Origin: Lama guanicoe
Taxonomy: Eukaryota
Direction: 5' to 3'
Assembly (NCBI GenBank): GCA_013239625.1
Contig: MU055549.1
Coordinates: 6,823,693 to 6,887,692, forward strand
DNA: 64,000 nt
In this document: positions 60,440 through 64,000 of the stretch, in pieces
How the letters are laid out: each line of letters opens with the position of its first letter
Numbering within the stretch: the first letter of the stretch is position 1
Notes under the pieces: model-generated
Database searches by the model: none
Seen by the model: only the letters and a program-made list of their open reading frames with translations
Told to the model about the DNA's origin: nothing
Translations under genes and position numbers: made by a program

Positions 60440-60665
60440 AATTGCAGGCGTTTCTCCAACACTTGCTGTGCGCTGGGCGCCACTCTAAATGCCTCCCGTG
60501 TCTGAGCTCACTTAATGCTCATGTCACCCCCATGAGACAGATAGTTATCGTCACGCCATGTTACTGCAGAGATGCAGGGACTTGATTAATAACTTGCCCC
60601 AGGCCACAGAGCCAGACCCGGCAGGTATGGGATTTGAACCCAGGCGGTTTGGCTAGGAGTGTGGT
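60440..60665 (-). mobile_element. MIR SINE
   Basis: acacttgctgtgcgctgggcgccactctaaatgc...ctcacttaatgctca...taacttgccccaggccacagagc...gggatttgaacccaggc. Confidence 0.75.
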
Positions 60666-61574
60666 CTGAGCCAGGGCACCGCAAAGACTCGGGAGGTACA
60701 GGGAGCAGGGGCTGAAGGCTGGAGGTTTTCTAGGCAGAGACGGAGAGCGTGGGTGGAGGTGAAGAATGCAGCCTGGAGTCCTGCCTGTGCCCTTTACCTC
60801 CCTGCCCCGCAGCCCTGCCTCTGGCCCACTCCCACGAACTCCTTCATGCCTGTCTCCTGAGGTGGGCTGTGTAGACTCTGATTCTGCTGGGCTTGTGCAG
60901 AAGATTTCCAAAGCTCCAAGACAGTTGAACAGGCCTCATTAAGGGGAGCTTCTTGGAGCCTGAACACACTTGCGTCTCCCAGAGTGGGTGGAGGAGAATG
61001 CAGCATTTCACAGGCTTGCGCGGGGGCTGACCCCCTGTAAAGCAGCCTTTGAGAAGCACAGTTAGCATATTATAGGGCTGGGGTTGCGGCAGTGGGCAGG
61101 AGGGGACCGGCTGACATCTGTTCTGGGCTCTATGGCCTGGGACCCTTGCAGAGGTGACCCTGGGCTTCTGGTGCTGATACGTCCCGGGGTGGCACAGTGT
61201 GGGGCAGCATGGAAGACGGCCAGACCTCCGCATTTGCCCAGTAGGATACCCATCTACAAACACACACACCAGTGTTTTCTGCAGTTTGATGTCTAGCAAA
61301 GCCCCGTCCCCGGGCTCCTGCTAGCCTGCGCCTTTTCCCTGCACTGGACAGTCTGCTGGGTGAGGCCAGGGACTGACCTTCCTCTTTGCCTGTGGGAGGT
61401 TAAGTCACCAGTCATGACCCAGACATGTGCAGATTGTCCACCCAGTCCTGTGTTCTCCGAATCATTTATGGTTAGTGTGGCCCCTGCTTTCAGTGGCCAG
61501 ATTAAAAAGGAGCAGATGGAAAGGAGACCTCAAGTCTGTCAGGAGGCTGAGGAGCAGGCTGGCTGAGAGCAAGG

Positions 61575-61740
61575 CCTTTGGAAGAAGACAGAACTTGGTG
61601 CAGACCTGGCTGTAGACCCTGAGCCTCAGTTTCTTCATCTGTAAAGTGGGTTGATAATAGAGAGTTAAATGAGATGACATCTGTCTCACAATCAGGTTAT
61701 AATTGCATATTAGCTCTCAATTCATGGCACATAGCAGTGT
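61575..61740 (+). mobile_element. MIR SINE
   Basis: ctgagcctcagtttcttcatctgtaaagtgggttgataata...ttaaatgagatga...tggcacatag. Confidence 0.75.
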
Positions 61741-61794
61741 TTTTGTTGAAACTGGGCAAACACTTGTATATCAACTTAAGTAATTTCCAAATTC

Positions 61795-61990
61795 ATTATT
61801 TATTGTTTCTTCTGGTTACAAAATCAATGCATACATGTGAAAAATTTAAAGTTCAGAAGGTAAAAAAATTACAGTTCAGAAATGTAAAAACACGGAAAGC
61901 GAAGTTCCTCTGACATCCACCACCAGAGATACCATCATTGAGTGTTTAGTGTAGATCCTTGCAGTCCTTTTTCTAAACAACTATATCACT
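61795..61990 (-). mobile_element. Ancient L1 (L1ME-like) 3' fragment
   Basis: ttacaaaatcaatgcatacatgtgaaaaattt...ccaccagagataccatcattgagtgtttagtgtagatccttgcagtcctttttcta. Confidence 0.55.
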
Positions 61991-64000
61991 GAATGGAGAC
62001 TCTTGACACCCGTTCCAGGCCAGGAGTCCATTGATTCTGTAGGTTCAGATACCCTATGTGTGGAATGAACAAGAAATAAGAATTCATGCCTTTAAAAGAG
62101 GGAAATGAAAGAACTACTACTCATTAAAATGAAAAAAAAATGAACTTAGCACTGGTTTTTCACTCTATCCAATAAGAAAAGCAGACATAGTTTAAAAAAA
62201 AAAAGTTACCACAAAATTCTTGGCCCTATGCAAAATAGAATTGAATTCTTTTAGGCTGTTTGGTCCAAACTCTATGGTGAATGGGTTGATTCTCTTGTAT
62301 CATGAGTTTGTAATAATGCTGTTCTCCCTTCACCATCACAGAACACAATCCATCAGCTTGGACACCACGCCTCACATGATTAAATCAGCCCCACATCCGT
62401 TCAAGGGGCTTGTTGGCCTGGGTGCAGGAGCTGAGTTGGCCTGGCTGCACCGAGCACAACTTGGCCAGATGTTTGCAGCCAGTCCAAGCAAGAGAGTCAT
62501 TTCCAATATCAGCCCTGTACCACGGACTTGGAGCAGGATTGCTGGTGGGCAGGGCCCTGCCTTTGTTTTGGTTTTGTTCTTTATGAATAGTTTGCACATG
62601 AGTCCAGGGAGCTGGTCCAGCTACATCATTTTCTGTACATGAACCATTCCATTTTAAGGCCCAGGAACGCATGCACACCCACCATGGCCCCCGTGCTCAC
62701 GCAGGACACACTGATTTCTGGGGCCTGTTGTGCTCCCGCGCCGGCCCTGCACAGCCAGGGTGTGCATTTGATGTCAGAAAACCCGAAAGCGCCGCCTCCA
62801 GTGTCGGCGTCCCCGATTCTCAGGCCTCGCCCTGCGCCAAGGCAGAGGCTGGCTTCCTCCCTAATTTGTTCTGTTCCCGTGTAGGGCCCGTGTCCGGGGG
62901 GCTCTCTGTCACCTCTTGTTCAATCCAGCAACCTTCTTTGAGGACCTACTAAGTGCTGGTGCTGTAGAGTAGGAAAAACAGATGCAAGACCCCATTCCCT
63001 TCATCCAGATGGATCCTATTCATTCTGGGGCCACTGCTGTTCAGTGTGTACCTACTGTGTGCAGGCACTGCTCTCAGCACTGAGGATATGTGTGGGGCAG
63101 GATGGCCACAGGCCCTGCTCTCCGGAAGCTTCCCTTTGTGTGGGCAGACACATAGTCAGCAGGAGCAGGGAGACCAGGTCAGAGTCATGCTCGGAAGACC
63201 AGAAGTTTGGGCAACAGGGGAGAGAGGACAAAAAGACCTCCCATGGGGAGGGGGCTTGAGAGACCCCAGAGGCTGGCTGTGTTGGCTGGGGCTGGGGACG
63301 GGGTCAGGCACTTGCACTGCTAAGTGGTACCCTGGGTGGCGGTCATCACCTAGAGTGGCCAGGTGCCTCCAAGGAGGGGCCGTCTCCCAGAGTCCCTGCT
63401 CCCTCTCCTCACCAGCTGGTGTCCTGCAATACTGTCCTCAAAGTCTATGGGAGGGAACATCTTGGTGGGGAGAAGGTGTCAAGTTCAAGGAGCCCATCGT
63501 TTTCCTATTGACATCCTAGTGACTTTTGGGCCCCTCACCAGCCCAGAGGGTCTTGGTACAAACCCTGGACTCATATGGAGACTCCCAGCCTCAGACTGGG
63601 CTATCTGTCGGGGCAGGGGGCGGGGGTGTCGCCATGGGATGGTCCTGGGGTGTGGGCACGAGATGGGGGCTGACTGTCCTTGAGTTTCTCAGCAGCCCTG
63701 TCACGTAAACACGACAGGTCATGGTGGGCAGCCCACCCTGTCTGTCTGGGAGCACTCAGGGGGCAGTGCAGTTAGGAGTGGGTGGCTGGACTGAGGGCCT
63801 GGCGGAGTAGTCCCAGGCCCTGCAGCTCGTATTCCGTGCCACCATCAGCAAGCACGTGGTTTCCCAGAAGCCTGTGACCTCTGTGCGCCTTGGGCCCAGG
63901 TAACCTGGGCTCTGTTTGGGGCCTTTGGCTCATGTCAGTCTTGACTGTTGGCAGAGTGATCGCTGTGCCCTTCCTGTGTGTCTTCCTTTTAAAAGAAGCC

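Noticed and set aside
1-64000. CRISPR arrays, tRNA/rRNA genes, prokaryotic or viral gene systems, processed pseudogenes, or an orthologue of the human antisense lncRNA FAM53B-AS1
   Set aside because: No repeat-spacer array, cloverleaf, rRNA, gag/pol/env or retrocopy signature was recognised. An antisense lncRNA cannot be identified from this sequence alone.

Overview
Mammalian, GC-rich genomic DNA, probably from a cetartiodactyl and most likely a camelid. That call rests on an L1 3' end at about 19.7-19.9 kb and on no recognisable Alu, B1, Bov-A2/BovB or PRE-1 SINEs. The window lies inside FAM53B (Simplet) on the + strand. It contains the start-codon exon (CDS 20343-20420), a 55-nt exon (29279-29333) and the large exon (42571-43349), which splice in frame to the first 304 aa. 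The first non-coding exon and the last coding exon were not found and are presumably outside the window. The rest is intron with old MIR, L2, L1M and hAT-Charlie relics, microsatellites and one 148-nt gap; almost all ORFs in the supplied track are chance ORFs. The most unusual structure is upstream of the start-codon exon: a near-identical 6.36-kb tandem duplication (3810-10170 / 10172-16511) with a junction substitution and a microhomology-flanked 21-bp deletion. Each copy carries an older ~330-bp inverted repeat that could form long dsRNA in the pre-mRNA. Possible regulatory features are a strong-context uORF ending 10 nt before the start codon, an internal donor that would remove both AUGs, a possible intronic-polyadenylation isoform and homeodomain-motif clusters. 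I found no evidence of a new multi-gene system.
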